A stretch of 64,000 bases of DNA from Tubulanus polymorphus (Eukaryota > Animalia > Nemertea): positions 13,108,850-13,172,849 of the forward strand of contig NC_134029.1 of the NCBI RefSeq assembly GCF_964204645.1, read 5' to 3'. Below, in pieces: positions 63,579 to 64,000 of the stretch. The notes beneath the pieces are model-generated. The model had not been told where the DNA came from, did no database searches, and saw only the letters and a list, made by a program, of their open reading frames with translations. Position numbers and translations under genes: made by a program. How positions within the stretch are numbered: the first letter of the stretch is position 1; the number at the start of each line of letters is the position of its first letter.

Positions 63579-64000
63579 TTAATATTTTTCATTTTCATAT
63601 TCTTCTTTAAGCTTATTATATTCTAACCCTATATTCCTTTTCATTGATATTGATTTAATTCCTAAATGATTCCCGAGTTTATATTTATAGAATGTTTCTC
63701 TTAAATATTTTTGGAATATAATTTTCGATTTCATTTTTAGATGGATGTTTATTTTAAAATTCTCTAAAATCATCATATTTAAGTTCAAATAAGTTCATTG
63801 CATTAGTTACATTTGCTTTAAAGTTATCTAACTTTTTCAATACGGTAACTATATCATTACTCGAGAAATAATGTATAAATGTTTTTCTATACCACCGATA
63901 ATCTAATATATTCATTTTATTAAATTTTGGATTTATAATCAATGGATTTTCTATTTCATTATTTGTACCTATATGTTTAATTGAGTATTTATGATACAAT
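63579..64000 (-). pseudogene. 3' end of an unidentified, degraded Polinton gene
   Basis: Two overlapping ORF pieces in AT-rich viral-like sequence converging on the ATPase; runs off the window. Confidence 0.4.

Noticed and set aside
7000-64000. One complete, intact Polinton spanning the window
   Set aside because: Two diverged polB copies, an intervening host exon, and no capsid, protease or Polinton TIRs visible

Overview
AT-rich eukaryotic DNA, very probably from an invertebrate animal (spliceosomal GT-AG introns, an otopetrin exon), that is almost entirely a nested pile of mobile elements. The only clear host coding sequence is the last exon of an otopetrin proton-channel gene (17.7-18.6 kb). 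It is flanked by two decayed Polinton/Maverick (adintovirus-like) copies. Copy 1 (7-16.9 kb) is a protein-primed PolB gene interrupted by an intact pogo-type transposon; its inverted 3' part carries a degenerate LAGLIDADG intein at the Pol-c catalytic site. Copy 2 (19.8 kb and 56.7-64 kb) has a PolB scrap, an HNH nuclease, an integrase and a packaging ATPase. Between the parts of copy 2 lies a Gypsy LTR element, split by a 34.8-kb TAT...ATA DNA transposon with a 6-bp TSD (IS3EU-like). That transposon carries two convergent multi-exon genes that both begin with a SAM domain: a SAM-Ubl-UBZ-SIM-UIM-HECT E3 ligase and a SAM-HTH-integrase-type transposase. It hosts further nests (EnSpm > MULE; Harbinger-like MITE > Tudor/BEN element > hAT). 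A 3.7-kb foldback element with mirrored minisatellites lies at 1.7-5.4 kb. All calls come from manual reading and translation; no database searches were run, and family names rest on recalled motifs.
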